Below are positions 25,935 to 39,169 of a DNA stretch of 64,000 nt, one piece after another. The DNA is from Octopus sinensis (taxonomy: Eukaryota). The notes beneath the pieces are model-generated. The model was not told the origin of the DNA, made no database searches, and saw only the letters and a list, made by a program, of their open reading frames with translations. The stretch covers positions 111,228,001 through 111,292,000 of the forward strand of contig NC_042998.1 of assembly GCF_006345805.1 (NCBI RefSeq). The letters run 5' to 3'. The translations under genes and the position numbers were made by a program. Numbering within the stretch: position 1 is the first letter of the stretch; each line of letters opens with the position of its first letter.

Positions 25935-27419
25935 TAGATCTTTTGACATTTTTTCTATATATCTCATATTAGTGCTTTCATCATTTGGGACCGTAAAGTC
26001 AATTATATAGCACTTTCTATTCTCTTTATTTACTACTACCAAATCAGGCCTTCTAGCTTCTATTAGTTTGTCAGTCTGAATTTTAAAGCCCAAAATACCT
26101 TGTATTTCTTACTTTCTAGTATTTAACTAGGTTCATATTAATACCATTCATCAGTATGTTCAAATCCTAGCTTTCAACATAGCTCACAGCGGATTGCTCT
26201 CCCTAGATTACCATGTCTTGTATTCTTTCTGTGCCAACATGCTACATTTACTTACTATATGAGTAATGTTTTCCTCTTCTGATTTGCATAATCTACATTT
26301 AGAATCTACTTGGCTTTTATCCAATTAGTTCTTTATACTTGATCTTGTGCACCTACTAACAAACTTTCTGTTTCCCTCTTCAGCTTTCCCTTCTGCATTC
26401 ATAACCATGTCTCACTATTACTATTTGCTGAAACTTTCTTTGGGAATCTACTATGCAAAGCCTTCTCCTGCCAGTCAGATAATTTCTGTTCTTTATTCTG
26501 GTTTTTAAGTTCGTTTGGTGTTTTAGTTTCCCTATGTCTTGCTATGACTCTAGCAGCTTTTAATAAACTGCCTTCACTATTACCTACATAGTAGTCTATA
26601 TCTACTCTAACTAACTCCACGCAGTCTTCTACGGATATTAACCTTCTTCCACTTTCCTTTCTAGGTAGGTGTAATCTTGTTACTCCTGCTCTTGTGGGGA
26701 GCCCTCCATTCATATTGAATCCCTTCCTAGTTCTTCTGTCTAGCTTTGATAATTCAGTTTTTTTCCAATCTACAAAAGCAGCTGAGTATCTAAGTAATGA
26801 TACTGTCCACGTATTTACAGCCTTCACTAGATTCGGACCGTTTAGCTTTGACTTCATAAGCTTCTTCACCATTCTGATGTACTCCTTCTCAATTTTCGTT
26901 TCCGTTTCTGTAATTAGTACTCTGTCAGATTCTAATACTCCTGAATACTTATAACTCTCTCCTCCTTTCAATGATTCTAATGTCTGGCCATCTGGTAATT
27001 GGATGCCTTCGCTGTCGACTACCTGTCCCCTTCTCATCACTAATATTGCACAATTACCTATACAAAATTCCATGCCTATATCTTTGCGGAAGTGTCTTAC
27101 AGTCTGCATTAAGGAATTTATCTCTTTTTCCTTCTTACAAAAAAACTTCAGAACATCCATGTAGAGCAGATGGTTAATTTTTCCATTACTATTTCTGAAC
27201 TGATACCCTGCGTTTACCTTCCTTATTACTAAACTGAGAGTAATCAAACAAAGGAAAATTATTAAAGGGGACAACGAGTCCCCTGAAAAATTCCTCTTTT
27301 GGTATGAACTTTTCCTAAGAGTGTGTCACCTGAGTATAGATCTACTTGCCATTTCTTCATGCTAAAACTAATTAATTCTCTTATGTTGTCTGCTATACTG
27401 AATATATTCAAACATTTAC
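25935..27419 (-). mobile_element. R4/Dong-like RLE non-LTR retrotransposon, copy A (5'-truncated, degenerate)
   Basis: KRGIFQGDSLSP (frameshifted), INHLLYMDVLK (YMDD mutated), NLVKAVNTW, RLHLPRKESGR and the RLE motif RRPDLVVVNKENRKCYIIDFTVP. The 5' junction abuts (AAT)n. Confidence 0.85.
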
Positions 27420-27432
27420 TTTATTATTATTA

Positions 27433-27500
<68 letters not shown>

Positions 27501-27508
27501 AGTAGTAA

Positions 27509-27579
<71 letters not shown>

Positions 27580-27580
27580 A
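27420..27580. repeat. (ATT)n followed by (AGT)n microsatellite
   Basis: Seen directly. Confidence 0.95.
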
Positions 27581-27793
27581 GGTGGCGAACTGACGAAATC
27601 GTTAGCTCGTTGAACGGAATGCTTAGTGGTATTTCTCCCGTCGCTACGTTCTGAGTTCAAATTCTGTCGAGGTTGACTTTACCTTTCATCCTTCCGGAGT
27701 CGATAAATTGAGTACCAGTTGAGTACTGAGGTTGACGTAATCGACTATCCCCCTCCCCACAAATCTCAGGCCTTGTGCCTGTAGTAGCAAGGA
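27581..27793 (+). mobile_element. tRNA-type SINE with (ATT)n tail
   Basis: GGTGGCGAACTGACGAAATCGTTAG head, B-box-like GAGTTCAAATTC, core CCTTTCATCCTTCCGGAGTCGATAAATTGAGTACCAG. Homologous copies occur at 34054, 34281, 43750, 44273 and 49465. Confidence 0.8.
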
Positions 27794-27850
27794 TTATTAT
27801 TGTTGTTGCTGTTATTATTATTATCATCATCATTATTATTATCATTATTA

Positions 27851-27909
<59 letters not shown>

Positions 27910-28173
27910 GTTATTATTATTATTATTATCATTATTATTATTATTATTATTATTATTCTATGTTTGACTTTTGCTTTATATTTGTACAAGTTGGCCCCAA
28001 GTCTCACCCAGAGACCTCAAGAGACAACAGGGTTGGAAGTTCATGTTGTTGTTATGCCTAGTGTGCCATATATTTGGGGTGTGGGGATGTTGTACTAATG
28101 AATGTCTAAAAAAAAACTTTTTTTTTCTTTTTTTTTTTTTAACCGAACATTATGTTTGTTTTAAACCTTGAGA

Positions 28174-29982
28174 TTACATAGAGAGTATTTTGCGTAGGAT
28201 ATGAGCAGTTCCCATGAGCACTATCTTTTGAACTTCTGCCATTTTTGGGTTTCCTGGTATCTGAGTTAGGTAGCTATCAGCCCCTTTTGCTATCATTCCC
28301 AGGGCACCTATGACAACAGGTATTGTTTTAGTCTTCAGCTTCCACATTTTGCTGATTTCTATTTCAAGATCTTTATATTTGCTCAGTTTTTGGTAGGTCT
28401 TGACAGATACGTTTATATCGATTGGGACAGTCATATCAATGAGGAGGCATGTTCTTTGTTTGAAGTCTTTCAATATGATGTCTGGCCTATTTGCATCTAT
28501 CTTCCTGTCAGTTTGAATGGTGAAGTTCCAGAGGAGTGAGATGCGGTCATTTTCAAGCACTGGGGGTGGTTTGTGTTCCCACCAGTTTTTTTTCATGGGG
28601 CAAATCCAGTTTTTACAGATTACCCAGTGAATATATTGTGCAGCTCTATCGTGCCTGTTGAGATACTCTGTAGGCGCTAGAAGACTGCACTTGGAGACCA
28701 CATGGTCAATGGTTTCATTTTGTTGCTTGCATACATGACACGTTGGACTGCTTCTGATCTTTAATATGTTGGCCTGGTAGTTTCTTGTTGGTAGGCATTG
28801 ATCTTGAGCTGCTATGATAAACCCCTCTGTTTCAGATTTTAAGCCAGAGGCCATTAGCCATTGATGGGTCAGGGCTTTGTCGATATCTGCATTATTCGCT
28901 CTCTTTGGGTATTTGCCATAGAGAGGTTTTTCTTGCCATTTATTATTCAGAATATCTAAGGCCGCAGTTTTGGCACGGGTTTTCATGCGCCTAGCTTTTT
29001 CTGTGCTTGTTTCTTGTATATCTATCTCTAATTCCGAAATTGGTTGTATTCGGAATTCACTTAGATATTCCTTTGCCTGTTTTGTGACTGAGTATGATGC
29101 TTTCTTGTTTTCATGTTTTGAGACAAGTTTTAGCATCCAGTCCTCAGAGTTTTTCAGGTAGGTGTCTAGGCCAATTGTAGCAATCTTCATTGTTATTGCC
29201 AGTTGCAAAAGACCACGGCCTCCCTCTTTTCTTGGCAGATAGAGTCGTTCTGTATCTGCCTTAGGGTGGTGCATTCTATGCATTGTCAACAGTTTCCTTA
29301 TTTTTCTGTCGAGCTGACATATTTCAGTAATTGACCAGTTAACAATATTGAAACTGTAAGTCACGACTGGTATAGCTAATGCATTGATTGCTTCGATTCT
29401 GTTTCTTGCATTCAGCTCTGTCTTGAGTATTGCTCTCACTCTTCGATAGCATTCTCTCCTGATCCTTTCCTTCATCTCTGAATGCCTTATTCCGTTCCCT
29501 TCAATTACCCCTAGGTACTTGTAGTTCTCCGCTGGGTCTAGTTCTTTTATGACATTCTGTTGGTCAAGGTTAACGTTAGATGTTTCTGTCATTTTTCCTT
29601 TGATAAAGGTAGCCTTTGCACATTTATCGAGGCCGAATTGCATTCTGATGTCGTCACTGAATTGTTTGACTATCGCTAGTAAGCCCTTGAGTTGTTGATC
29701 ATTTTTTGCAAAAAGCTTTAAATCATCTATGTAAACGAGATGATTTATATTTTTATCAAACATTTTATACCCGTACTGCGCGTCATTGAGCAGCTTTGAG
29801 AGAGGTATTAAGGATAAACAAAAGAGGAGTGGTGACAGTGAGTCACCCTGGAAAATGCCACACGAAATTTTTACATCACCAGCATTTAGGGATTCACTGT
29901 CACTGTTCAGAGTTAGTGTGGTTCTCCATGATCTCATACTTACAGTCAAGAAGTTTCGCAGAGTTGGTGCTATCTTATACAT
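28174..29982 (-). CDS. Partial RT + CCHC zinc finger + restriction-like (PD-D/ExK) endonuclease polyprotein; 602 aa from an internal Met, frame open to ~30062
   Basis: GIFQGDSLSPLLF, HLVYIDDLK, YKYLG, CHVC..ETIDHVVSKC, RHD, RPDIIL..IDMTVP..K..KY. No stops. Confidence 0.92.
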   Translation of the reverse strand: MYKIAPTLRNFLTVSMRSWRTTLTLNSDSESLNAGDVKISCGIFQGDSLSPLLFCLSLIPLSKLLNDAQYGYKMFDKNINHLVYIDDLKLFAKNDQQLKGLLAIVKQFSDDIRMQFGLDKCAKATFIKGKMTETSNVNLDQQNVIKELDPAENYKYLGVIEGNGIRHSEMKERIRRECYRRVRAILKTELNARNRIEAINALAIPVVTYSFNIVNWSITEICQLDRKIRKLLTMHRMHHPKADTERLYLPRKEGGRGLLQLAITMKIATIGLDTYLKNSEDWMLKLVSKHENKKASYSVTKQAKEYLSEFRIQPISELEIDIQETSTEKARRMKTRAKTAALDILNNKWQEKPLYGKYPKRANNADIDKALTHQWLMASGLKSETEGFIIAAQDQCLPTRNYQANILKIRSSPTCHVCKQQNETIDHVVSKCSLLAPTEYLNRHDRAAQYIHWVICKNWICPMKKNWWEHKPPPVLENDRISLLWNFTIQTDRKIDANRPDIILKDFKQRTCLLIDMTVPIDINVSVKTYQKLSKYKDLEIEISKMWKLKTKTIPVVIGALGMIAKGADSYLTQIPGNPKMAEVQKIVLMGTAHILRKILSM

Positions 29983-30035
29983 TTCAAGGCATTTCCTAAT
30001 CCAGCTATGTGGTAGGCTATCAAAAGCCTTTTTAT

Positions 30036-30248
<213 letters not shown>

Positions 30249-30282
30249 TATTATTATCATTATTATCATTATTATTATTATT

Positions 30283-32030
30283 CTGAAAGACTCTCGTATT
30301 GTTCTTAATTTGCGGTTGTTCTTTACTTGAAAGTAGGCAATAAGAAATCAGTAAAGGTTTTAAGTAGTGTCTTCTCCTGTGACTCAGAGACAATACTCTC
30401 TTTAGAATGCGAGCTGTACCCAACAATGCTGTCTTCTGGAGCACTTCGAGCCTGCCAGTAGTTCCAATATTCTTAATATATTTTTCAAAGCTCTTGGAAA
30501 CTGCTCTTAATACTCCTTTTACCACCGGTATCACGATTACTTTCCTCATGTCCCATAACTTTCCTATCTCATCCCGCAGTGTCTGGTATTTCTCACTCTT
30601 TTCTGTTTCCTTATATTTCACCTTTGAATCGCTTAGTATTGCAGCATCTATTATCTTTGCTTCTTTTTCGTCTTTATGGATGATCATGATATCTGGCCGT
30701 CTCGCCTCTATGACTTGGTCGCACTCCATGTAAAAACCCCACAGTATGTTGTAATGTTCGTTTTCCATTACTCCCTCTGGCTTGTGTTCGTAACATTGTT
30801 CGGCTCTCACAAGGTTTGCTTTACTGCACAACAGCCAGTGGACATATCTAGCCACATTGTTGTGTTTCCTTTTGTATTCGCGTTGTGCGAGCTTGCAGCA
30901 CAGATTAACAATATGGCTTATACTTTCTCCCTTCTCAGAGCATATCCTACACTGTGGCGAGTCAGTGCTTTTACCAATGAGATATTTAGAGTAGTTTGTT
31001 CTGAGAGCCTGTTCTTGAGCGCTGCTCACCAATGCCTCAGTAGGCCCTTTTAAGTCTACCTTCTGCATTCATTGCCAGGTTCCATTCCAATCAATCTCAT
31101 CTTTATTCTTCAAGAACTGGCAGTGCATTTTCTTGTCCTGCCAAATTTTTTTCATCTGCTCTCTCTCTGGTCTTTCTTAAATCATGTTGGATCTACAGCT
31201 TCGTTCACTTTTAAGGTTCCCTGCATTTTCACTGCTTCAATCATTTCTACTTTACTCCCCTTCACAAACCAAGCCAGGCTATTCTCCTCTTCCCTTAAAC
31301 AAACTTCACAACACACCAAATCATGTCCTCCTTCTTTCCTCTTTACATACAATCTTGACACATCACTCTTGGGGTGTAGTTCCTTGTTCATTGTCATTAA
31401 TTTACGTGTTCTCCGGTCTATCTCTTTAGCTTCGATTAGAGGACAAGCCGAGTTCTCCTCAAATACTTTTTCCTCTACATTTCTTTCATCTTGTGTTCAT
31501 TCATCTTATCTCTTCTAATAATACCCAGGTACTTATATCCTTCCTCTCCGACTTCCTTTATAGTTTCGCCACTTTACAGCTTGATTCCATGGCTTTTCCT
31601 GTTTTCCCCTTTTGAGAATCATTGCACCACATTTCTCGATCCTAAATTCTATAACATTATCTTTGCTAATCATCTGCACATTTACCGTCAAACTCTCAAT
31701 TTTAGTAGTAGTTTTAGATCATACACAAACCGCAGTCTGTTTACTTTCACCCTGCCTAGCATGTACCCCACATGCATCTTTCTTAAAACGTTGGTTAGGG
31801 GCAGTATGCAGACAACTAAAAGGAGAGACCCTTTGAAAGATTCCTCTTTTGATATTTACCTCTCCCAGTTTATCTTCCCAAGCAGTGAGTTCAGTTCGCC
31901 ACGTTGCCATTGAGCTTTGTATTAACTTCAGGATATTGTGGGGGACCTTAAGCAGCATAAGACATTCAATAATCCACGAGTGTGGGACCATTGCAGTCAG
32001 CCAGAATAGTCTTATCGATAACCTGGAGCT
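30283..32030 (-). mobile_element. R4/Dong-like element, copy C (different subfamily, degenerate)
   Basis: MVPHSWIIECL, KRGIFQ, QEQALRTNY, CRIC..ESISHIVNLC, RRPDIMII..IIDAAI, KSEKY. Flanked by (AAT)n. Confidence 0.88.
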
Positions 32031-32062
32031 ATTATTATTATTATATTATCATTATTATTATA

Positions 32063-32093
<31 letters not shown>

Positions 32094-32127
32094 TATTATT
32101 ATCATTATTATCATTATTATTATTATT

Positions 32128-33876
32128 CTGAAAGACTCTCGTATTGTTCTTAATTTGCGGTTGTTCTTTACTTGAAAGTAGGCAATAAGAAATCAGTAAA
32201 GGTTTTAAGTAGGGTCTTCTCCTGTGACTCAGAGACAATACTCTCTTTAGAATGCGAGCTGTACCCAACAATGCTGTCTTCTGGAGCACTTCGAGCCTGC
32301 CAGTAGTTCCAATATTCTTAATATATTTTTCAAAGCTCTTGGAAACTGCTCTTAATACTCCTTTTACCACCGGTATCACGATTACTTTCCTCATGTCCCA
32401 TAACTTTCCTATCTCATCCCGCAGTGTCTGGTATTTCTCACTCTTTTCTGTTTCCTTATATTTCACCTTTGAATCGCTTAGTATTGCAGCATCTATTATC
32501 TTTGCTTCTTTTTCGTCTTTATGGATGATCATGATATCTGGCCGTCTCGCCTCTATGACTTGGTCGCACTCCATGTAAAAACCCCACAGTATGTTGTAAT
32601 GTTCGTTTTCCATTACTCCCTCTGGCTTGTGTTCGTAACATTGTTCGGCTCTCACAAGGTTTGCTTTACTGCACAACAGCCAGTGGACATATCTAGCCAC
32701 ATTGTTGTGTTTCCTTTTGTATTCGCGTTGTGCGAGCTTGCAGCACAGATTAACAATATGGCTTATACTTTCTCCCTTCTCAGAGCATATCCTACACTGT
32801 GGCGAGTCAGTGCTTTTACCAATGAGATATTTAGAGTAGTTTGTTCTGAGAGCCTGTTCTTGAGCGCTGCTCACCAATGCCTCAGTAGGCCCTTTTAAGT
32901 CTACCTTCTGCATTCATTGCCAGGTTCCATTCCAATCAATCTCATCTTTATTCTTCAAGAACTGGCAGTGCATTTTCTTGTCCTGCCAAATTTTTTTCAT
33001 CTGCTCTCTCTCTGGTCTTTCTTAAATCATGTTGGATCTACAGCTTCGTTCACTTTTAAGGTTCCCTGCATTTTCACTGCTTCAATCATTTCTACTTTAC
33101 TCCCCTTCACAAACCAAGCCAGGCTATTCTCCTCTTCCCTTAAACAAACTTCACAACACACCAAATCATGTCCTCCTTCTTTCCTCTTTACATACAATCT
33201 TGACACATCACTCTTGGGGTGTAGTTCCTTGTTCATTGTCATTAATTTACGTGTTCTCCGGTCTATCTCTTTAGCTTCGATTAGAGGACAAGCCGAGTTC
33301 TCCTCAAATACTTTTTCCTCTACATTTCTTTCATCTTGTGTTCATTCATCTTATCTCTTCTAATAATACCCAGGTACTTATATCCTTCCTCTCCGACTTC
33401 CTTTATAGTTTCGCCACTTTACAGCTTGATTCCATGGCTTTTCCTGTTTTCCCCTTTTGAGAATCATTGCACCACATTTCTCGATCCTAAATTCTATAAC
33501 ATTATCTTTGCTAATCATCTGCACATTTACCGTCAAACTCTCAATTTTAGTAAGTAGTTTTAGATCATACACAAACCGCAGTCTGTTTACTTTCACCCTG
33601 CCTAGCATGTACCCCACATGCATCTTTCTTAAAACGTTGGTTAGGGGCAGTATGCAGACAACTAAAAGGAGAGACCCTTTGAAAGATTCCTCTTTTGATA
33701 TTTACCTCTCCCAGTTTATCTTCCCAAGCAGTGAGTTCAGTTCGCCACGTTGCCATTGAGCTTTGTATTAACTTCAGGATATTGTGGGGGACCTTAAGCA
33801 GCATAAGACATTCAATAATCCACGAGTGTGGGACCATTGCAGTCAGCCAGAATAGTCTTATCGATAACCTGGAGCT
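32128..33876 (-). mobile_element. R4/Dong-like element, copy D; a near-identical tandem duplicate of copy C (period 1845 bp)
   Basis: Same 5' truncation and same lesions as C. The only differences seen are T/G at 30365/32213 and a 1-nt indel near 33551. Confidence 0.9.
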
Positions 33877-33885
33877 ATTATTATT

Positions 33886-33954
<69 letters not shown>

Positions 33955-34050
33955 ATTATTATTATTATTATTATTATTATTATAATTATTATTATTATTA
34001 TTTATTATTATTATTATTATTATCATTATCATCATCATCATTATTATCAT
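33877..34050. repeat. (ATT)n microsatellite
   Basis: Seen directly. Confidence 0.95.
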
Positions 34051-34053
34051 TGT

Positions 34054-34495
34054 GGTAGCGAGCTGGCAAAAGCTTAAGCATACCGGGCAAAATGTTAAGA
34101 GCCATTTTGTCCGTTCTATGTTCAAATTCCGCCATGGTCGACATCGCCTTTCAACTTTTCGAAGTTGATAATGTAAGTACCAGCCATGTGCCGGGTTTAA
34201 TGTAATCGACTTAGCACCACTCCAGAAATTTCAGGCCTTATATCTACAGCAGAAAGGATTGTTATCATAATTATTATGTAGGCGGTGAGCTAGCAAAATA
34301 GTTAGCACGCAGGACAAAATCCTTATGGTTTTTCGTCTGTCTTTAAGTTCTAAGTTCCACCAAGCTCGACCTTTCCTTTCATTTTTTCGGAATCGATGAA
34401 ATAAGGGCCAGTTAAACACTGGGGTGGGATCGATGTAGTCGACTTATCCCCGCATCCCAAAATTGCTGGCCTTGTGTCAAAATTTGAAATCAATA
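34054..34495 (+). mobile_element. Two tandem SINE copies (34054-34260 and 34281-34495), family of 27581
   Basis: Each has a GGYRGYGAGCTRGCAAAA head, a GTCGA core and a GGCCTT tail, separated by an ATT-rich tail. Confidence 0.8.
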
Positions 34496-34699
34496 TTTCA
34501 TTACATTATTTTGTTTTAAAATTCCATTGGAACCGCTTTATTCTTTTCTCCTTTCAGGGTCGAGAATTTAAAATACCAGTTATACACAACAGTCTGTTTC
34601 AACAAATACAATTTCTAATCCGCAAGTCGATTTGTTATCCTCGTCTATAGGAAAGCAATTCACTTTTACCACTTTGCCTTTCATTATACCCTCCGCATA

Positions 34700-35083
34700 A
34701 TTTGTCACTTATCCACTCTCTTTGTCTCTCTCTCACACTACCTCTGTTTCTTTGTATCACTTTCTTTCTCTCTCTCTCTCTCTCTCTCCCACTTAGTCTG
34801 TATTATTTTCTCATTCTTTTTTATTTCTGTTTTCTTCCATCCCTTTCTATGTTCTTCCTATTTTAATCATCTTTGTATAAAATCCATCTAACTGCCTCTT
34901 ATTTGTGTTAATTTTTTTTTTCACTTGTGACTCATGTATTAGCGTACTCAATCTCTTTATCTTCCTCTTTTCTCTCACTTTTTCCTTTTATTCTCTCGCC
35001 CACCTATCGCTTGCTTCATCATTCTTCCCTCAGATTCTCTTTCTTCTTGCTTGTCTTTTTTCTTTCACCCACGCATCAAAACA

Positions 35084-35149
<66 letters not shown>

Positions 35150-35720
35150 CATATCCGTGCAAACAATCTCACTTACTTTTTACAAATGATATCCCTCTCT
35201 CGATTGTTATCCTGTATAATTTTATATAGTTCACATTCTTTTTACTAATTCTCTCCCTCATTCTCTCTTTCACTCTCTCTTTCTTTTCCTTCTTTCGCTT
35301 TCTCTTTTTCTCTCTCCTTCTTTCTCTCTCTCTCTCTCTCAATAATTTTAGTTCTCATTGTTTGTAATGTATTACTTGTCTTTTATTTTTTCACTCATAC
35401 ACATAAAATCTCTCTGTGCACCGTTTTTAATAAGTCCATCAGTTTCTCTCTCTCTTTATCTTTCTCCCCCCTCTCTCTCTTTCTCTGTCTCCCACCTCTC
35501 TCTCTTTTTCTATCCCTCTCTCTCTTCCTCTCTCTCTTTTTCCCTCGCTTTCTTTTAATAATTCTATTTCTTTAATCATGATTCATCCAAACTCTCTATC
35601 GTTCACTCTATTTTTTAATCTTTACTCCTCTTCCTCCTCATTCTCTCTCCCACTTTCTTCCTTCTCTCTCTCTCCCTCTTCTCTTCCTCATTTTCTCTCT
35701 CACTCTCACTCTCACTTTCT
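34700..35720. repeat. CT-rich low-complexity region with (CT)n tracts
   Basis: Seen directly. Confidence 0.85.
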
Positions 35721-37073
35721 CTATTGTTACCGTGAAATCATTGTCATGAATGCAATTTTGTAGTTCGATTGTGTGACGTTACCGTATTGAAAATGCTTCT
35801 AACAAATTAAGTCTCTATTCTTTTATTTAAATACATTGGACTCCCATAAAATCTGAATATACGTTGGTTGTTGACTGTTCATATACATTCAATGAGTATT
35901 CTCAACAAGCAGGTAGCGTTGAGGCACAACGGGTATTTATAATAGCCAGCTAACCGTTACTTTCCAAAGTCAGTTTCAAACATTCATAGCAGAAACGATC
36001 ATTGATTTGAATTCCCCATCATATATGTAACACATGGTAATAGCTTTCCGAATATTTAAAACACCTCTCACTAACAGCCAATTCGTAATTATACCATAGA
36101 AGCACCAATTTAACCTGAAAATCAATAGTAACTGCTGATTATTTTAATTAGATTGCAGCGGAGCTTATGTACTTTAAAATATTCATCTCAAATTGTCATC
36201 ATTCTTGCATATCTAAATTGGAATGCCTAATTTTGAAACAAATGCATAATGGATTGTAATGCGTGTATGCAGTTTGCTACTGACTGTGTATCCTGTGTTG
36301 AAATTTACTACGCATCAATACCAGGTTACACATAAAGATTATTAGGATCACTTCTATAAACGAAAAATTTATTCTCTTACTGGTTCCAGTTAGTTGGCTA
36401 TCACCACGTTGGAGTATTACCATCAATATCAGCATAAGAGAAGAGAGTCAATGGCGTGTAAACGAGTAAAATAATGGAAAAATATAACTGTATTTTTTTA
36501 CTAATACACTCAATGCAAAGAGGATTTTGACTTCTTAACTATTCCGGCAATCTTCACCAAAAGATTTTACAGAAATGGCCTAAACACAGGATTTAATTTT
36601 AAAAACAGTGCGAATTCTGCGTACCAATGCCCATTTTTTCTGCTACGGAGTTTATAATTCCCACAATATTAGACTATTTAAGATAGAAGTCGATATATGG
36701 TGAAAGCTTATCATTTTATTCATCAAAAGAAGTTTTAATTGTTTTATCAACTTTCAAAATCTACAAGATCAATAATGTATTTTTCTAGCAATTGTAGTTT
36801 AATCTGTCTTGAATTCATCAGATTTACAAAATATATTACACAGTCAAGAATTATTTAAAATTATCTATCTGCTTGTGATATTTCATGTCAAAGATACAAG
36901 AGCTTTAACTATATGTGGAAATAAACAAGTGAAGTAGTATGTGAGTATGCAAGTGTTCACATGGGAAGAGGTATGTGAGTGTGGAAGAGAAATGGTGTGC
37001 GAGTATGAAAGTGTGTATGTATGTGATGTGTTACGTGTGTGCGTGCGTGTGTATGGCAAGCAGGTAATGTACG

Positions 37074-37117
<44 letters not shown>

Positions 37118-37174
37118 CACACACGTACACACATACATATGTATATATTATATTATATGTTTTATGTATACACA

Positions 37175-37585
37175 GGCGCAGGCGTGGCTGCGTGGTAAGA
37201 AGCTTCCTTCCCAACTACATGGTTCTGCGTTCAGTCTCCTGGCGTGGTACCTTCGGCAGGAGTCTTCTAATATAAATTCTGGCCGACCAAAGTCTCATAT
37301 ACATATATATGTATATATATATATATATATCATTAAATAATAAAACGTGTGTGTGTATGTGTGTGTGCGTTTGTGTTTGTGTGTGTGTGTTTGTCACCCA
37401 CCACCGCTTGACAACCGGTGTTGGCTTGTTTTCGTTCCTGTGACTTAGCGGTTCAGCAATGAGACCGATAAAATAAGTATCAAGCTTTAAAAAGGTACGG
37501 GGGTCGATTTATTTGGCTAAAATTTCATCAAGGCCCTGCCATGGCCGCATTCTGATGACTGAGATAAGTAAAAGATGAAAAATAG
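37175..37585 (+). mobile_element. Near full-length tRNA-type SINE with an internal (TA)/(TG) microsatellite
   Basis: GGCGCAGGCGTGGCTGCGTGGTAAGAAGC (A-box-like), GTTCAGTC (B-box-like), body CCACCACCGCTTGACAACCGGTGTTGG and tail AAGTAAAAGATG. Confidence 0.8.
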
Positions 37586-37653
37586 AAGCCTACATAAATA
37601 TATTTGTGTGCGCGCTCGTGTCTGCGCGTATGTGTGTGTGTATGCATATATAT

Positions 37654-37754
<101 letters not shown>

Positions 37755-38733
37755 CTTAGCTAGTGAGCAATTGTTTGAGCTCAGAAGTGTGTTTAGTTAA
37801 CAAATGACTGAAGAATATGGACAAACAATGTTGAACTGCTTGCTTTCTATAACGAGTGATGGATTAATATTGGAAGGCGATATTATATTGAAACTGTGCT
37901 AAAAGGGAAAAAAGAGGTTAAGCGTATATTGCAACCATCTTCGAAGAAAATAAGAATTTGAATATTAGTGTGTGATTGAAAAGATCTAAATCGACACCAA
38001 TTAGCTAGTTCTATTACAATTTCTTCTAAGGGCCCAGAATGAACAAGTAAACACATGAGACTAATTATTCTGGTCGAATAACAATTACTTTCCAAGTTTG
38101 ACTGGGATGGTATCAATAAGTAGACAATACCGTTTTGGTAGTATCACAATCACTTTTATAGCTTGAGTGAGAGAGCATAAACTACAAGAGATCGCTGCTG
38201 GTGGTGTTTGCATGTACTTTTGTCGTTTTATTGGTAAGAATAAGTCATCGAAAAAGTAAATTGATTCTATATCGTGACAGGCTCGTAATTAGTATGAAAT
38301 GATTAGTCTTGGTTATAGTTTGAGAATGGGAGACTATAGAAGTTTACCTATAGACATACACAGTTAACGATAACTTTAGTCACATATGGTTATTTCTACA
38401 GTTTCTTAAGATTGATTCTTTATCAATAGGAAAATGTATTAACTATAATCAGTTGACAATGGGAGCCAGGACAGCACAATCCTCTCAAGGGTATTATTGT
38501 TATCACATAAGCTACTTACACCGGCTACAAACTGTGAGATATGTAGGTGGACGTTTGTATTCAAATAGTGTAGAGATCCAACAGGTGAATGCATTGCTGA
38601 AGTTATAAGTGGCTAGGAATGATTGCCATGCATTCCGAATAAGTTCAATTGCAGATTACAATATTATTGAAGTTTTCTTTTTTCATGTTCCTATTTCCTG
38701 TGAGTTTCTTCATACAGATGGAGTAGAATTTTA

Positions 38734-39169
38734 GGATCTTTTCGGTTTGAACGGCGGTTTTTCTAGCGGTGTCTTATGAAATTGTCACCCATAATTATGA
38801 CCCTAGTATCGATCTATTGCATTTCAATCTGTTTTAGGGTTAGGGTTAGGGTTAGGGTTAGGGTTAGGGTTAGGAGTGGGGGGAGGGTATCTTTTTTTTC
38901 TTCACAAATGTAAATAAATCCAATCTGTTTCTTAAACGAGGGACATATTCATACGGCACAATGTTTTCACCTAAAATAGACGTCATTGATTGGTTGAAAT
39001 TGCAGAAATTGAAGAAAAAAACAACAAATATCTTACAAACTATATAATTTTCTCAATAAAGCCAAGAGAAAAATATATTTTATAAACACATTCTACCAGT
39101 ATACGAAGTTTAAAATTTTTAGTTACCTAGAAATTATGTTAAAAACTGCCGTTCAAACCGAAAAGATAC
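38734..39169. mobile_element. Non-autonomous DNA transposon (MITE, 436 bp, possibly Merlin-like) carrying telomeric repeats
   Basis: TIR ATCTTTTCGGTTTGAACGGCRGTTTTT at 38736-38762 and 39141-39167 (1 mismatch). The left end starts GG. 8-bp TSD GAATTTTA at 38726-38733 and 39170-39177. Confidence 0.85.
38834..38875 (+). repeat. Interstitial telomeric repeat (TTAGGG)6 + TTAGGA
   Basis: Seen directly inside the MITE, followed by a G-rich run. Confidence 0.95.

Noticed and set aside
27657-28098. Poly-Ile ORFs (also 30075-30330 and 33565-34125)
   Set aside because: Translations of (ATT)n.
37175-37260. tRNA gene
   Set aside because: tRNA-like head of a multi-copy SINE; no complete cloverleaf.
38834-38875. 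True chromosome end or fusion scar
   Set aside because: Short, and enclosed by TIRs and a TSD.
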